A stretch of 64,000 bases of DNA from the NCBI RefSeq assembly GCF_006345805.1, contig NC_043005.1, positions 79,670,001 to 79,734,000 on the forward strand, in the 5' to 3' direction. The notes below the pieces were generated by a model. That model had not been told where the DNA came from. It saw only the letters and a program-made list of their open reading frames with translations, and made no database searches. Of the stretch, positions 39,008 to 54,534 are shown piece by piece. The position numbers were made by a program, and so were the translations under genes. The number at the start of each line of letters is the position of its first letter. The first letter of the stretch is position 1. The stretch comes from Octopus sinensis. Lineage: Eukaryota.

Positions 39008-40047
39008 TATATATATATATATATATATACACATACATACATATATGTGTATATAACTGAACGTGTGTGTATATATATATTTTTAAATATGCATATATAT
39101 TCACATATACATACATATGTATACATATATATATTTAAGCATACACATATAGATATGTATATATATATATATATACATGCACATATACATATGCATATTT
39201 GTATACGTATAAAAATAATCTAGGCAATCACTGAAATCATATTCTCATTCGTCTTGATATTCTCCAAAGAACTGCATTGTTGACCATTCTCTGCGACCAA
39301 ATACATCCCTAATTCTTCAGGGAATTCTAGAATTTTGTATTTATTTTTTTCAATGATATAATATGAAAGAAATAAGCATACTCTAACATCAACCTCTACA
39401 GATTCCATACCCATCTTTTTTGTCTTTTTACCATTTATTTTCCAAGTTGATTAATTGAATATATTTGATTTTATATACACTCTAAAATTTGCTTCTGAAA
39501 GGGAACACACGCATACTCCACAAATATGTGTATGAATACACTCATACATGCATATCTACATACATATTCACATATATTTACATGTATGTATATGTTTTTG
39601 CAAATAGATAGACAGATAGATAGATAATAAATACTATTTTTAAAAAATTATTTCAACTATCGGAAGAAATTTATTATATAATAAATTGTTGTGTCTTTTC
39701 ACTCTGGATTCTATGAATTTTAAAACGGTGTACTTGAAGGAAGAAAGGACGTTTGGCAGTTCTAATAAGAAATAGTTTTCAAAAAGTAATTCGTAAAATA
39801 AATCTTTGATGATGGAGCAGTGTGAATAATAACAGGATTGGTTTCCAATTTTGGCATAAGATTAGCAATATTTGCAGTGGGTAAATCGAGTTCATCGACT
39901 CCACTGCTAAGCTGGTGCTTATTTACCGAACTCAACGGTAAATGTAATCGCCAGGAGAACTGTCCAGCATAGGACGCCACATGTGGTTGGCATTATATCT
40001 TACGGTCCTGTATTGCTACTGTTCACATCTCGCTCAGAAACTTAATA

Positions 40048-40118
<71 letters not shown>

Positions 40119-40403
40119 TTGCCCTTTTCAAGCCTAGACAGGGTCATGGGCCCGGTTTCCCGGTTTCTATGGCGTATGTGTTCCCCCCAGCTGGACGGGA
40201 CGCCAGTCCATCGCAGCGTTACTCAAGAAACAGGAAGAAAGAGTGAGAGAAAGTTGGGGCGAAAGAGTACAACAGGGGTCGCTACCACCCCCTGCCAGAG
40301 CCTCGTGGAGCTCTAGATGTTTTCGCTCAATAAACACACACAACAACCGGTCTGGGAATCGAAACCGCGACTCCGCTGCCCTAACCACTGGGCCATTTCG
40401 CCT

Positions 40404-40456
<53 letters not shown>

Positions 40457-43400
40457 AATGTGTGAGAGTGTGTATGCATATGTGTATGCATGACTATAGC
40501 CTATGGGTGTGTGTTTGTATTTGTCCCCACAACCGTTCGATAACCAGTGTTGTTTGGTTTACTTCCCCATAACACTGCTATTACGCAAAAGAGACTGATA
40601 AACTAAATACCAGGCTTCAAGTAGTATGTACTGAGGTGACCTTTTCGACTATATCTTTCAAGGCAATACCCCAGCAAGGAGACTAAAACTATTTTTTTAA
40701 AGCCTGGTATTTATTCAATCGGTTTGTTTTTATCAAGCGACTAACTTCCGAGGACGAAAATAATGCAACACCGTTTGTCAAGCGGTGTGTGGAGGAAACA
40801 TAAATACATAGACACACACTGTCTACGTATTATACATACGACAGGCCCCTTTCAGTTTCCGTCAACCAAATCCATTCGCAAGGCACTGGTCGACCCGGGG
40901 CAATAACAGAAGTCAAATGCTCAAGATGCCATGCAAGGGGACCGAACACGGCACCATAAATTTGCAAAGCAAGCCTCTCAGTCGTTCATTCTGTCTAGCT
41001 ATTGATTTTGTACTTTTTTATTGATCTTCTTTCTATGTTTGTTATATTTTGCGTTAACTTTCTCCTTTCCAATCCCCGAATTGTAAAACAAATTTATTTT
41101 ATTTTATGTCATTTTAGTTTAGATTGTTCTGGGGAAGGCACGTGACCAAGGGTTAATGCGTTGCATTCACGATAGTAAAATCGCGGTGGCGATTCCTGAA
41201 CAAAGCGATGCGTTGTATTCTGGTTAAAAAAAATACTTCATTTTACGAAATGAGTTGCAGAAATTGCTGGGAAGTTAACTCTTGTGAAGACTAGCGCCAC
41301 GTTCAAGGGAATCAGTACATTGTCAATTGTTTATATGCCAAATAAATCAGGTAGAACTCTAGCCCTACATGTCTTCAAACACACGACAAACATAAGTCTA
41401 AGCTTCGAAAACTTGACTCTGTTCAGGGACCTTAACCTTCAACACCGGTGAACTATACTGTTGAACTGTTCAAAGCCGACAGCTGCACAAGAAAAATTAG
41501 GTACGAGGAAGAATTCTCTTTACACGTCCTTCTTTTTTTCTTTTCTTCTGCCCTCGTCAGAATCCAAGAGAGGTGACATGACATTCTGGTGAAGAACTGC
41601 TTAACTATCATATTACATATAGATGACTTCATTGAATGATTTATTGTATAATAAACAATTTTCTCGTTTCTAATTTTGAAACTGTAAATCGCATTTATCT
41701 TATTTTATTTTATTTTAGTTTAGTTTGTTTTGATGAAGGCGCGTAGACAAGGGTTTATAGGCTGCGTTCACGATAGAAAAACTGTGGTTTCGATTCCTAG
41801 ACCAGGTGATGCGTTGTAATTTTGAGCGAAACATTTCACGTTTCTCCTGTCCACATAGCCGTAATTTTCCCACAGCAACGAATCTAAATATTTTTAAAAA
41901 TATTTATGACCCTATAAGATTTTGCTGATAAATCATAATAAAATCGAAACATGCTCAGCATTGGTACCTGTACTTGGCGAAATAATTTAAATAATATTAC
42001 TCATTGGGTAATATTATCTTGTTTTTATCAATGATTCCTCTATTAAATATACAATCATAAAAATGCTCGCATGGCTGTGTGGTTACGTAATTTGCTTTGC
42101 CATCGCATGGTTTCGGATTCAGTTCCACGTCAAGGCATCTTGAGTAAATATCTTCTGTTATAGCCCCGCACCGACCGATGTGTTTGTGAATGAATCTGGT
42201 AGACGGAAACTGTATGGAAGCCCATTGTTTATTTATGTATGTGTGTATGCATACGTGTCTGTGTTTGAATCTGTATGACTGTGTTTGTCCCCACCGCCGC
42301 TTGATAGTCGATGTTGTTTTGGTTACGTTCCTGTAACTTAGCCGTTCGGCAAAAGAGAGTGGTAATAAATATCAGACATAAAAGTAACAAATAATTGAGT
42401 CGACATGTTTGATCAAATCAGTCCAAAGTTGCGCCGCAGCAATAACAGCAGAGCAGTGAATGAAATAAGTTAAAGATAAACGACAAAAGACTCAGTTAAT
42501 ATTTTATTAGTTTGATATACTGAATAGAAAAGCAGCTTAGAATATCAAATGAAGAGGGATTGCCTACGCTACGCTTACTTTCCTAGATATACAGCATGCA
42601 AAATCAAATCTCCAAACGGAATCCTACAAGTTTATCTGCAACAATACATAAATACAATATTCTTATGATATAGACCTACAGTTCGATAAGAAAAATATTT
42701 AAAAATACACTGAACGTGTCATTTTCGATAGATGTTAAATATCATTTGGGAATATATTTCTTTTTTTTTTTTTAATTCAGTTCTAAATTTCAAATCTACA
42801 GGACGGATCATTTTTTATGAACTCAAATTTCAGATAAAAACTTCAGAAGATTAACATACTAAGAAAATAAGAAAAAAGGAACAAAATCGTTATAAAATAA
42901 ATAAATGAATTTTTTTTTTTTTTTTTAGATATTTACTGAAATATAAATAAAAATCACAAGAACTAAAATTTAGTGCTGAATTAGCTAAAAACTAAACCGA
43001 TGAACACGAAAAAATAAGATTTGAAAGAAAAAGAGAAGAAAACTCATAAATTGAAAGTGAAAGTTCATTTTCTCAAATGAGAATTGATATTTTCATGTAA
43101 ATAATATATTTGATGTAATATTCTTATCTTCGTAGAGAATGAATATGCATATAGATTTTATAAATATAAATATAATATATAACGTTATTTCTGCTTTTGA
43201 CGTATAGTTCTTAAGCTCTTTTTATCGTATAAATAAATATATTTAGAGAGAGGGGGAGGGGGAAAGTGCGGTGAGCTGGTAGAATCGTTAGCACGACGCG
43301 CAGAATGTTGATCGGCATTTCGTCCGACTCTACGTTGTGAGTTCAAATTCCAACGAGGTCGGCTTTGTCTTACATCACATTTCAGAGTCGACAAAATAAG

Positions 43401-44249
43401 TATCATTTGAACACTGGAGTCGATGTAATCAACTTACTTCACCCCCTCATCCGAAATTATCGACCTTGTGCTAAAATTTGAAACCGATATATATTTATAG
43501 AGCTCTCTAATTCCTTTTCTATTTTGTACAAATTTACATCTCACGTACAAACATTCCGTCATATAAATAATTTCTTATTGACAATATTGATGATTTATTC
43601 ATTTATATATCATATATGTCTGAGAACTGTAAAATTAAAAGGCTCTAATCATATTAATAAGAAAACGATTTGGAAAGGTATTGGATTGGCAAAAATTGCA
43701 CGAGTGCATAGCGGACAAAATGCATTGCGGGATAGTTCTGGTTCTTTACTTTCTGTGCTTATATTTTATCGAGGACCCACCCTTCAGAGTGAAAAAGAAT
43801 AAAATAACTATCGATTAAGAATTAGTGGTATATTGGTTAAGGCAACAGGACTCTCGATTATAAGGCTATGGGTTCGCTTCTTCGCTCGAGAAGCGCATTG
43901 TGTACTTCGATAAAGCACTTTTCTTCACGTTGATCCAGTCCACTCTGTTGGTGAGAAATTTAGTTTTGTGATTGAAAGAGAACCGGATCAACGCGTTGAT
44001 AGTGCGACAGCTTTAACATGACCGTGATATAACCCAAACTATGCAAGTACGAAGAGACACACGTCTAATAGTGGATTGTTATATGGTATATATACATTGA
44101 CTGGAATGGACACAAATGGCTATATCCATTCAGTACTGCGCTTAGGTCTTAAGTTAAAAATTTAAGTAATAAGCAAGAAATCGTTATTGGTCCTTAATTT
44201 GAAAACAGTATCACATATTCGGAATGACGAACGGGAGCATTTGAAAAGT

Positions 44250-45677
44250 ATTTGCTTTACCCAAAAATGGAAGATCCCATATATAGAGAGTTGGCTTGCC
44301 GAAATGGCACATTGCTTCCGTTCTTTATCCTTACCGAGACTCACCTGAACAACACCCATATGGACGCAGAGGTGAAAATAAAAGATTTCACCATTGTTCG
44401 TGCGGATCGCACAGACCGAAATAAGGGAGGGACAGCCATCTTTATCCATGACTCCTTTTCACTTGATGCCAAGGACACATTTTCCAATGGCTACTGTGAA
44501 TCGGTATCACTATACAACAAAGCCAAGGACATAACCATTGTTGGTCTTTACAGGCCTCCCCAGGCACCTCTAAAGTACTTTGAAGAGTGCCTTAGCAAAG
44601 TCAAGTTCCCCAGGGAACTGTTTTGGGTCCGCTACTCTTCATAATTTACGTAAACGACCTTTCCAGTGTCGTACATCACTGTAAAGTGAAAATATTCGCT
44701 GATGACACTAAGCTCCAGCAAATCGTCAATGAAGAAGCAGACCGAACTCAACTCTAGTCTGATCTATATGCTGTGAGTCAATGGGCAGACAGAAACAAAA
44801 TGCAACTGAATGAGGGAAAATTTGAGCTGATGCATTTTGGAAGAAATTCCTCACTAAAACAACCATACTCTCTTCCTTCAGGGGACCCGCTCACAGCCTC
44901 TAACAATATCAGAGACCTGGGTGTAATTGTTGATGACGATCTCAGTTGGAGTGCACACATCAAAAAGAACGTCGATATAGCTCGTAGGATGAGTTCCTGG
45001 ATCTTAAGAACTTTCCGGTCCAGAGAACAAGGTGTCATCATACCACTTTTTTCCTCCTTTGTACGGCCACACCTTGAATACTGCTGCCCACTGTGGTCTC
45101 CTCACACAAGACAAAACATCTCCAGAATTGAGTCACCTCAGAGGGCTCTCACTAAACAAATTGAAGGCATGGCTGCTCTCGATTATTGGGATCGCCTTAA
45201 AACTTTACTCCCTCCAGCGTCGCCGTGAGCGGTACATCATTTGTACGATGTGGAAAATATACCGCCAATTTTGCCCAAACGACCTAAACATTAGCTTCAG
45301 GTTCATCCAAGACTTGGACCACGGGCTATACATCCCCTGCCAAATTCAAGATCACAACATACATGTACACTGCAACATAATTTCTTTTCCTCAACAGGCC
45401 CTGCCCTATTTAACATTGTCCCGAGGGAGATCAAAGAGGAAAAGGATCCCATCAACTTCAAACAGAGTCTGGATAGATTCCTTCAAAGAATACCAGATAA
45501 GCCACCCATAATTGGATACAACTCACCCAACAAGAACTCACTACTTGAACAAAACTGGATACAACTCACCCAACAAGAACTCACTACTTGAACAAAACTT
45601 GACTTAAACAGGATTCGAATAATCCTATCAGGTGGACCAATCTCTGGTCGAAACATATCGAACTTTATCTAAGTTTA
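44250..45677 (+). mobile_element. CR1-clade LINE with a large internal deletion (endonuclease fragment fused to RT C-terminal half)
   Basis: ILTETHL..RADR..KGGTAIFI..GLYRPP joined at ~44600 to VPQGTVLGPLLFIIYVND..FADDTK..RDLGVIVD..VRPHLEYCCPLWSP; 43-bp tandem duplication at 45514-45599. Confidence 0.9.
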
Positions 45678-45925
45678 CCTAGAATGGAAGGATGAAAGGA
45701 AATAAATCTGAAGTAATAAACGGCATTTGTTTTTCTTAAATACAGTAAAAAGAAAAGAAAAGCATGTAAGAGGCGCAGGCGTGGCTGTGTGGTAAGCAGC
45801 TTGCTTCCCAACCATATGGTTCAGGGTTCAGTGCCACTGGGTGGCAGCTTGGTGAAGTGTCATCTGCTATAGCCTCGGGCCGTCCAAAGAGTGGATTTGG
45901 TAGACGGAAGCTAAAAGAAGCCCGT

Positions 45926-45991
<66 letters not shown>

Positions 45992-46026
45992 CATCCATCT
46001 ATCCATCCATCTATCGATATATATAT

Positions 46027-46089
<63 letters not shown>

Positions 46090-46849
46090 TTATAATTCAG
46101 GGTATCTAAGAGATACCACCACGCTGGAAATAGCAGCCAAAATTTGACTCTAAAACCACATTTTTTATTCCTATGCTGGCAACTTGGTAAGATATTTAAA
46201 TTAACGATCTACTCCTTATTTATATAAATTTATATACATACACACACACGCATACACACATACACACGCACGCGCGCACACACGCACACACACACACACA
46301 TACACATACACATATATGTATGTATGTATATATATGTGCATGTTTGTGTGTCTGTGTTTGTCCCCCCACCATCGCTGTACAACCGACGTTGGTGTGATTA
46401 TGTCCCCATAACTTAGTGCTTCGGCAAAAAAGACCGATAGATTATGTGCTAGGCTTGCAAAGAATAAGTCCAGGGATCAATTTATTCGACTAAAAGTCTA
46501 TGCTCCAGCATAGTCGAAGTCAAATGATTGATACAAATAAAAGAGTAAAAGAAAAAAGAGCAAAGATGTTTTGCGACATTTAGCCAAAGACGTGGCCCGA
46601 GAGAGATTCTATACGATCGCTCACCTTGCTAGCAATAGGTCTCCTTGAATTATTTTCAGCCATTAGGAAAGAGATATTCGCCGACTAACGCATTTGCATA
46701 GATAAAATATAGGCCAATGGAGGTGGTATAAATACCTGCTATATGCTAGGATCGATCGAATCCATTATAATCTTTCGTTATCAAGTTTTCTATTAATTCC
46801 CAGCAAGCGAATCATCATCTTAAATATTATTATTACGGATGCGGAATAA

Positions 46850-47630
46850 AGTGGCGAGCTGGCAGAATCGTTAGCATGATTAGCGGCATTTCGTCTGTCT
46901 TTACGTTCAAATTCCGCCGGTATCGACTTTGCGTTTCGTTAGTTTGGGGTAGATAAATTAAATACCAGTGTAACCCTGGTTCGATGTAATCGACTAGTCC
47001 TCTCGCCTCAACAAATTTCAGGCCTTGTGCATATAGTAGAAAGGATTGTTACGGCTGCGGTGAGTTGGCAGAACGTTAGCGTGTTGGGCAGAATGCTCAG
47101 CAGTATTTTCTTGTGTTCTGAGTTCAAATCCTGTCATGGTCGGCTCTGCATTTTATTAATCGGGGTTCATAAAATAAATACCAGTCAAACCCTGGCAGTC
47201 GATATTATCAATCTCGTCATAAGGCGGCAAGCTGGCAGAATTGTTAGCATGAAATAAGTACCAGTTACGTACTGTGGTCAGTGTAATCGACTAGCCCTTT
47301 TCTCCAAAACATTTTCAAGGCCTTGTGCGTAGAGGAGAAATAATCAACTTCGTTATCCCACAAAAATGCTGGTCTTGTTCCTATAATAGAAATAATTATT
47401 ATCATTGAAAGATTTGGAACTGGCTGAATCCTTAGAGCATCGCGCAAAATGATAGAGAGTATTTCTAACGACTCATTACGTTCTGAGTTCAAATCCTGTC
47501 CCGGCCGATTTTGAATTTCATCATTTCGGGGTCGATAAAATAAATACCAGTTGAACATAAACACTGGAGTTAATGTATTCGACTTCTTTCCTTCATCCAA
47601 AATTTCAGGCCTTGTGCCTATAGTAAAAAA
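46850..47630 (+). mobile_element. Cluster of SINE family A copies
   Basis: Repeated gagctggcagaa..gttagc..ttctgagttcaaat..gtcgat..gccttgtgc motifs. Confidence 0.75.
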
Positions 47631-48144
47631 GTACTTTGAGAATGGCTCCAATAAAATGAACATCATTCGAGAAGAGGGCATGACGTCATCGATTGCAACC
47701 CTCATCACAGAAACGTGCCCCTAAGCTTCTTTTAGTAATCATTACTAGCACTCGCTAGTATATATATATATAATTTTCTTTTTAACAAACATCACATATC
47801 TCCACACATTTTGAATTATGACAACAAAAATATTCTACCGAACCACCTTTAGATATTTTCGGCTTTCTTAATTATTGCTTCTTTACTTCTTTATGTATTA
47901 AAGAAAAGATCGCGAAGAACAAGACAAAAGCGACCAAGCGAACAAAGATGCATGAGAAAAAGTTTTAAAAAAGACTTTTAACCCGGATTATAAATTATCG
48001 GCCCATTAGTGTATAATATTCAACATTAACAGTGAGCCGGAGGGTGAAGTTTTTGTCTATAGACACCCTGTACCTTAACATGTCTTTTAATGACTGCTAT
48101 TCAGCATTAGAAAAAGAAGGAAATACCAGCACAATAGCATTAAT

Positions 48145-48147
48145 GAT

Positions 48148-48188
<41 letters not shown>

Positions 48189-48198
48189 TATATATATA

Positions 48199-48240
<42 letters not shown>

Positions 48241-48293
48241 CATACATACATACATACATACATACATACATACATGCATACATACATACATAA

Positions 48294-48330
<37 letters not shown>

Positions 48331-48730
48331 AGCATATATATACATATATATATATATATGTATATGTATATTATATGTATGTGTATATATAGTATACATG
48401 TATGTATATATATATATATATAAATACGTACATATATACTATATATATACTTATACATATGTGTGTCTATATATTTATTTATATATATATGTATGTATAT
48501 GTATGTGTATATATATATGTATATATACATATATATATATTATACATAAATAATGCATAGTCACATTTATGTGTGTATATATGTGTATATATGTAATATA
48601 TAGTATACATAATATATATACACACATATGTATATGAGTATGTATGTATATATACATATATTATATGACTGCGTGTGGGGTGTATGTGTATATGTATTAG
48701 TATGTAGACAAAGATACAATTATACATACA
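48145..48730. repeat. Compound (TA)n/(TACA)n/(TATG)n microsatellite
   Basis: Direct reading. Similar tracts at ~2855-3022, 3840-4250, 12900-13195, 28940-29320 and 53940-54270. Confidence 0.95.
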
Positions 48731-49203
48731 TACATCTTTAAATACATGTATGTCTGTGTATAAAATGATTCAAGAGGAAGTATAAGTTTTAGAAATAATT
48801 ATAAGAGTAATTAAAACTGAGATATGCCATCGTCATTTCGGTTTACGCTTTGCTACATTTGGATGCAAAGTGTTTAAAAAGCTGTAACGCGAAACCTAGG
48901 GTTAGTGTATTTTAAAATGTTGGTCAAATTGTCATAAAATATTGTATATGTTTATGCATTATATGTTAGTATGTATGTGTGTGTGTATATATATATATAT
49001 ATAATATATATATATATATAATTAATTATGGGTAGAAATTAATATTTATCAATTAAAACCAGTGGTCTAGCATATTAAAAAAGAATCCGAAGATTAAAAT
49101 ATTTATATATACCAATTAAGGACTGAACACGAAAAGTGGACAGTCAACATGCTAGATATAGACGTCAAATCGCCATTCTCCACAAATGATTTTGTTCTCA
49201 GAT

Positions 49204-49239
<36 letters not shown>

Positions 49240-50044
49240 GTATATATGTATGCATGTATGTATGTAATGAAGACGTTTAAAAAACAGAGTTCTTACGTAT
49301 GTATATATATAATACATATATACATACATGCATACATATTAGACAAACTTATCTTATTCCATTCGCATAGAAATATAGAAAAGTGAAGTTAAAAATGCAC
49401 CGAGATTCATTTAGAGCTTTCTTTTTTTTTAAACTTTTTAAGACTTAAACAATTTCACAGATTTCTTCGATTTTCAAAAAAGTTTGAGATAGAAAGACGT
49501 GGAGATATTCCACAATTGCCTTGCTTCTGTTTGGAGTTAAAAAATTCTCTTGTTTTTATAGTGAGAACATGTGTTTTTGATACAATTTGACTGGCCCCGA
49601 TTGGTCACATAATAAGCGGACGTAGCGGAGAACATACAAAAATTCTAAACTAAGCAGACCATGGTTTCAGTTACTGGTTTCAATCCAGTCTTAATCAATT
49701 GGATCGATACTCTGTACTACAGAAACAGTTAAGTGAACAAAATAAATAGCCGTCTCACAAATCGGATTCATGTAAAGTGATGTGGCCATCAATTATTCCT
49801 CTTCTTCTTTCTTTTCTACTCTAGGCACAAGGCCCAAAAGAGACCGACAGAATACGTACCAGGCTTTAAAATATGTACTGAGGTCGATGCATTCGTCCAA
49901 AATTCTTCAAGGTTGTGCTCCAGCATGGCAGCAGTCTAATGACTGATACCAGTAAAAGAATCATTGAATAAGAAGAATTTTAAGATTTACTCATTTGATT
50001 GGACGTTTATTCATTCTCAGATTTATCTTCTAGTTCTTTATTCT

Positions 50045-50465
50045 AAGTGTCAGACAGATTCTTCTCTACTCTAGACACAAGGCCCGAAATATTATGGGAG
50101 TGGGGGCCAGTCGATTAGATTGACCCTCAATACGCAACTGGTTCTTAATTTATCGACCCCGAGAGAATGAAAGTCAAAGACGACCTATGCGAAATTTGAA
50201 CCCAGAACTTAAAGACCGACGAAATACCTATTTCTACTTCTTTACTACCCACAAGGAGCTAAACACAAAGGAGATAAACAATGTCAGACAGACGGATTAA
50301 GTCGATTATATCGACCCCAGTGCGTAACTGGTACTTAATTTATCGACCCTGAAAGGATGAAAGGCCAAGTCGACCTAGGCAGAATTTGAACTTAGAACGT
50401 AACGGCTGACGAAATACGGCTACGCATTTCGCCCGGCATGCTAACGTTTCTACCAAGCTCGCCTC
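50045..50465 (-). mobile_element. Dimeric SINE family A
   Basis: Unit 1 plus terminal unit, reverse orientation. Confidence 0.8.
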
Positions 50466-52369
50466 CTTGTAGGATTATTCATTTTTGCCAACTGAGTGGA
50501 CTGAAGCAATGTGAAATGAAGTACTTTGCTCAAGAACACGACGCGTCGCCCGGTGCAGGAATCGAAACCACAATCTTAAGATCATGAGTCTCTTCGTCCT
50601 CTTCTTTAGCCAGTGTATTGTGGTGCTGGTGCTATTAATGTGAAAGTTGAAGATGGTGAAGGGTTAAAATCGGGGCAGTGCCTTTATAGGCGTGCGGCAT
50701 CAGGGATATGATGCCGTCGTTATTTTGGGCTGTGCTTTCTTGAATTTGGATGCGAAACGTACAAAAAGCTGTAAAGCAAAAGTTCGTAAGTGAAAGCGGT
50801 TGGCACTGTATTGTGAGACAATCAGAGCGTTGCACTAGACCACAAATCAGCCTTAGCAATTAATTTGTCTTCCAGTTAGCGATGGCTTCAGACGTCTAGC
50901 CAAATGTTTTATAATGTTCCAGGACTCGTTCAAACTGAACCTCTAAATGGAGAAAAACTTCGGAAGAAATGTAGTTTGTCGCACTCACAGAGTAAGTGAG
51001 ATTAGGGCACTTTAGTAGTACACTAACGCCTAGTTAGGGCGCGTTAGTAGTGCACTAACGCCTGACCGTTCAGTCCTGTTCCAGAAAAAGACGTAATCAA
51101 TGAAGTCTGTCTTGTAAAAGGGATAGATTCCTCTTTTCAGAAAATTCATCTACTTCCAACAACCACTTCATTTTAACCCAACACTGGTTTCTCATCTGAG
51201 CGTGAATCAGAACCAAACATAATTCTAAAATTTTGTTTTATGTTTAATTTTACATTCTATTGATTATTGCGCATTGTTATATTTTTTATTTATTTCTGCG
51301 TAATTTCTTGTTTTACTTTATGCATTTTTTACATTTTTATGTTGGTTTGCACGGTCCTTGGTGTGGATTCCTGCGTTAAAACAAATCTTGTTGTGTCTAA
51401 GGTAGATTGAAGAAGTGCGAGTGTTCATTTAAATTTTCCTTAGCTAAACACCTTCCCTAGACACAACAATATATGTTCAATACACTTTCGATTTGTCTTA
51501 GTTTTAACTCTTTCACGTCTTTCATTATTATAGTTATTGTATGAATTGTCTGTACCACACTATATGTTTCCGTGGACTAGATGTTTAGGGATTAACCTAT
51601 ATGCTTTTCTACTCAATGCACAAAGCCCGAAATTTGGGGGGGGGTCCAGTCGACTAGATCGACCTCAGTACGCTTTTGTTACTTAATTTATCGACCACCT
51701 AAGGATGAAAGGCAAAGTCTACCTCGGTGGAATTTGAACTAAGAACGAATCGGCAGACGAAATACCGCTAAGTATTTCGCCCGGCGAGCTAGCAATTCTG
51801 CCAGCTCACCGCCTTGCTTTACCGTACATTATCGTGGAGGTTCGATCCAATGTGGCTAATAAAACTATTATTAATTCTAGCTAGATCGGCTTTGCGTTCA
51901 CACTTCGAGGTCGAGTACTGGGGTCGATGTAATCGACTGTCCCCCTCCTCCAAATTTCAGGCCTTGTGCCTATAGTAAAAAGGATTATTATCATCCCTGA
52001 GGTGGGAAGCTGTCAGAATCGTTAGCATGCCGGGCAAAATGCTCAGTAGCATTATATTCCATCTTTACGTTATGAGTTCAATTTCCGTAGAAGTCGGCTT
52101 CGCCTTTCATCAATTTAGAGTCAACAAAATAACAGTTGAGCACTGGGATCGATGTAATCGACTAGCCGCCCCCAGGTCCCACCTCATCCCACCCCACCAC
52201 CACCTACTCTCAAATATTTCAGTCCTTGTGCCTATAGTTAAATGTTTCATCATCATCATCATCATCATCACTATCGTTTTGATCGTCATCATCATCATGA
52301 ATTGAAAGATGACCCATAACATCTTAAGTCATAGAAATATGAATAAAGATTACAAGTATACCACTCATA

Positions 52370-53340
52370 ATGATAAGGAGGAGGAGGAAGAGGAGGGAAA
52401 GTAGAAAGAGCGAAGTGGGGGCTAGTTGGATAATTACTACGATGACAACGAGTTTAATGATAAACGCAGTGATGGTAGTTGTAGTGGCGCAAAGACGATG
52501 ATGATGATGATGACGTCACTGATGATGAAAAGTGGGAGGTGGTGGACAAAGAGAAGGAGGAAGAAGAAGGGGATTAAGATGTTGATAGTAATGATGCTTG
52601 TTATGATGTAGATGAAGAGGTTGCTGTTACTGATGCTGCCTTGCTGATGATAGTAATGATGACGATGACGACAACAATAATTTTGACGATGATGAGAAGA
52701 GTGATGATGTTGATGACGATGATGATGATGATGATGAGAAGAATGATGATGATGATGATGATGACGACGACGACGAAGACAGTTTTGACGACCACGGTGA
52801 AAACGACGACGATGATGATGATGACTATGATAATGTTGTTGTTGATGATGGTGATGATAATGATGAGGAGGAGGTGGGGGAGGGGGAGAAAGGGGAGGAG
52901 GAAGAGAACGATAATGATGACCTCAACGATGACGACCACGACGACGATGATGATGATGTTAATGGCGATGATAATGATGATGATGAGGAGGAGGAGGAGG
53001 ATAACGATGAAGACCTCGATGACGACGATGATGATGATGATAATGTTGTTGATGATGATGGTGATGATAATGATGATGATGATGCGGAGGAGGAGGAAGT
53101 GGATATGATGATAATGATGACGTCGAGGACGACGACGACGACGGCGACGACGATAATGATGATGATGATGATAAGGGGGAGAAGGGGGGTGGAGGTAGAA
53201 GAAGAAGAAGAAGAAGAAGAAGAAGAAGACGAAGAAGAAGAAGAAGAAGAAGAAGGAGAAGAAGAAAGACGAGGAGGATAATGATGACGACGATACTGAT
53301 GAGGACGGCGTACGGCGGCGACGTTGACGACGACGGCAAA
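52370..53340. repeat. Compound GAT/GAC/GAG/GAA trinucleotide low-complexity tract
   Basis: Direct reading; internal higher-order duplications. Confidence 0.9.
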
Positions 53341-54534
53341 TAGCAAAAGACATCGGAAACAATGCGAACGGTAATGAAAACGATGCTTTTCAGGAATAAA
53401 TGAATGAGCGACGAAAGGAAATATAAATAAATGAAAGGGACAGTAACTAAACAAGTGAATGCGAATCTTGTATAACATTCTCTAAAAGTGTATTTATCTT
53501 CCAGGCATAGCATTTACAATGTTTAAAATTATCTTCCCTCACAGAACAACACAACGCAAGGTAAAGCCCTTATCTATCATTAATACTTAAGCTATTGTAT
53601 CAAGCTTGCCGAAATCTTTAGCCGCTGGCGGTATTTGTTCTGCTGAAACCCTAACGGAGTTGCTTCTTTTTGCTAGCTTCACTCGCATGCATCTCTCTCT
53701 CACCATCACTACTAATGAATAACGAAAGTGATTCTATGCACCATCACCACCAATACCCCCACCCCTCGCACACACACACCATACGCACCCTCCACCCACT
53801 GCACCCACCCACGAATATTTTAAATACGGATGTTGTTTGATAACTCTGTTGTGTCTTTTCTGTCTTCTTCTCACCCCCTCTCCCAGAGCACACGTATAGA
53901 CGCACATACACATCATATATAGACTAACGCACGCATACACTTACATACACATACACACACGCATATACGTATACACACATATACATATATTTATATATAT
54001 GTATATATATATACATATTTTTATATATTTATATATATATGTATATATATATGAATATCTATATACATATATGCATATATATATATATATATATGTATGT
54101 GTATATATGTATAAATATATATATATATATTTGTATATATGCATGTATATATGTATATACATATATATGTATATATACATATATACATGTATATATGCAA
54201 ATGCATATACATATATATATATATGTATTTATATTTACACTTGCACACACAGAACACGCACACACACACATGTTTATATCTTTGTGTAAGTATGTACAGA
54301 TATGTAATTTGCCTCGATATGATATGAGGCCCAAGAGTATATTCTGGGCTACAAGGGCTGAGAAGGGACCCGAGACATTACTTTCTTGCATAACAATTCC
54401 TCAGAAGCCGGAAACCAGCAATCACAACAACCGCTCGTCCGTATACTTTACTCACAGCATTTGTACTATAGAATACCTATGTATTTATACTTACCAATAT
54501 ATTTATAAATATATATCCAAACACACACAGACAT

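Noticed and set aside
48820-48905. Partial hammerhead-like words (TGACGA; GAAACCTAGG)
   Set aside because: The core halves lie on opposite strands and do not form stems I-III.
50635-50859. Unique, moderately GC-rich segment with a short minus-strand ORF
   Set aside because: No protein similarity recognised and no convincing donor/acceptor pair.
52601-53513. Long ORFs on both strands, including a D/E-rich 135-aa frame
   Set aside because: They are products of trinucleotide repeats that lack stops; there is no domain, splice or codon evidence.
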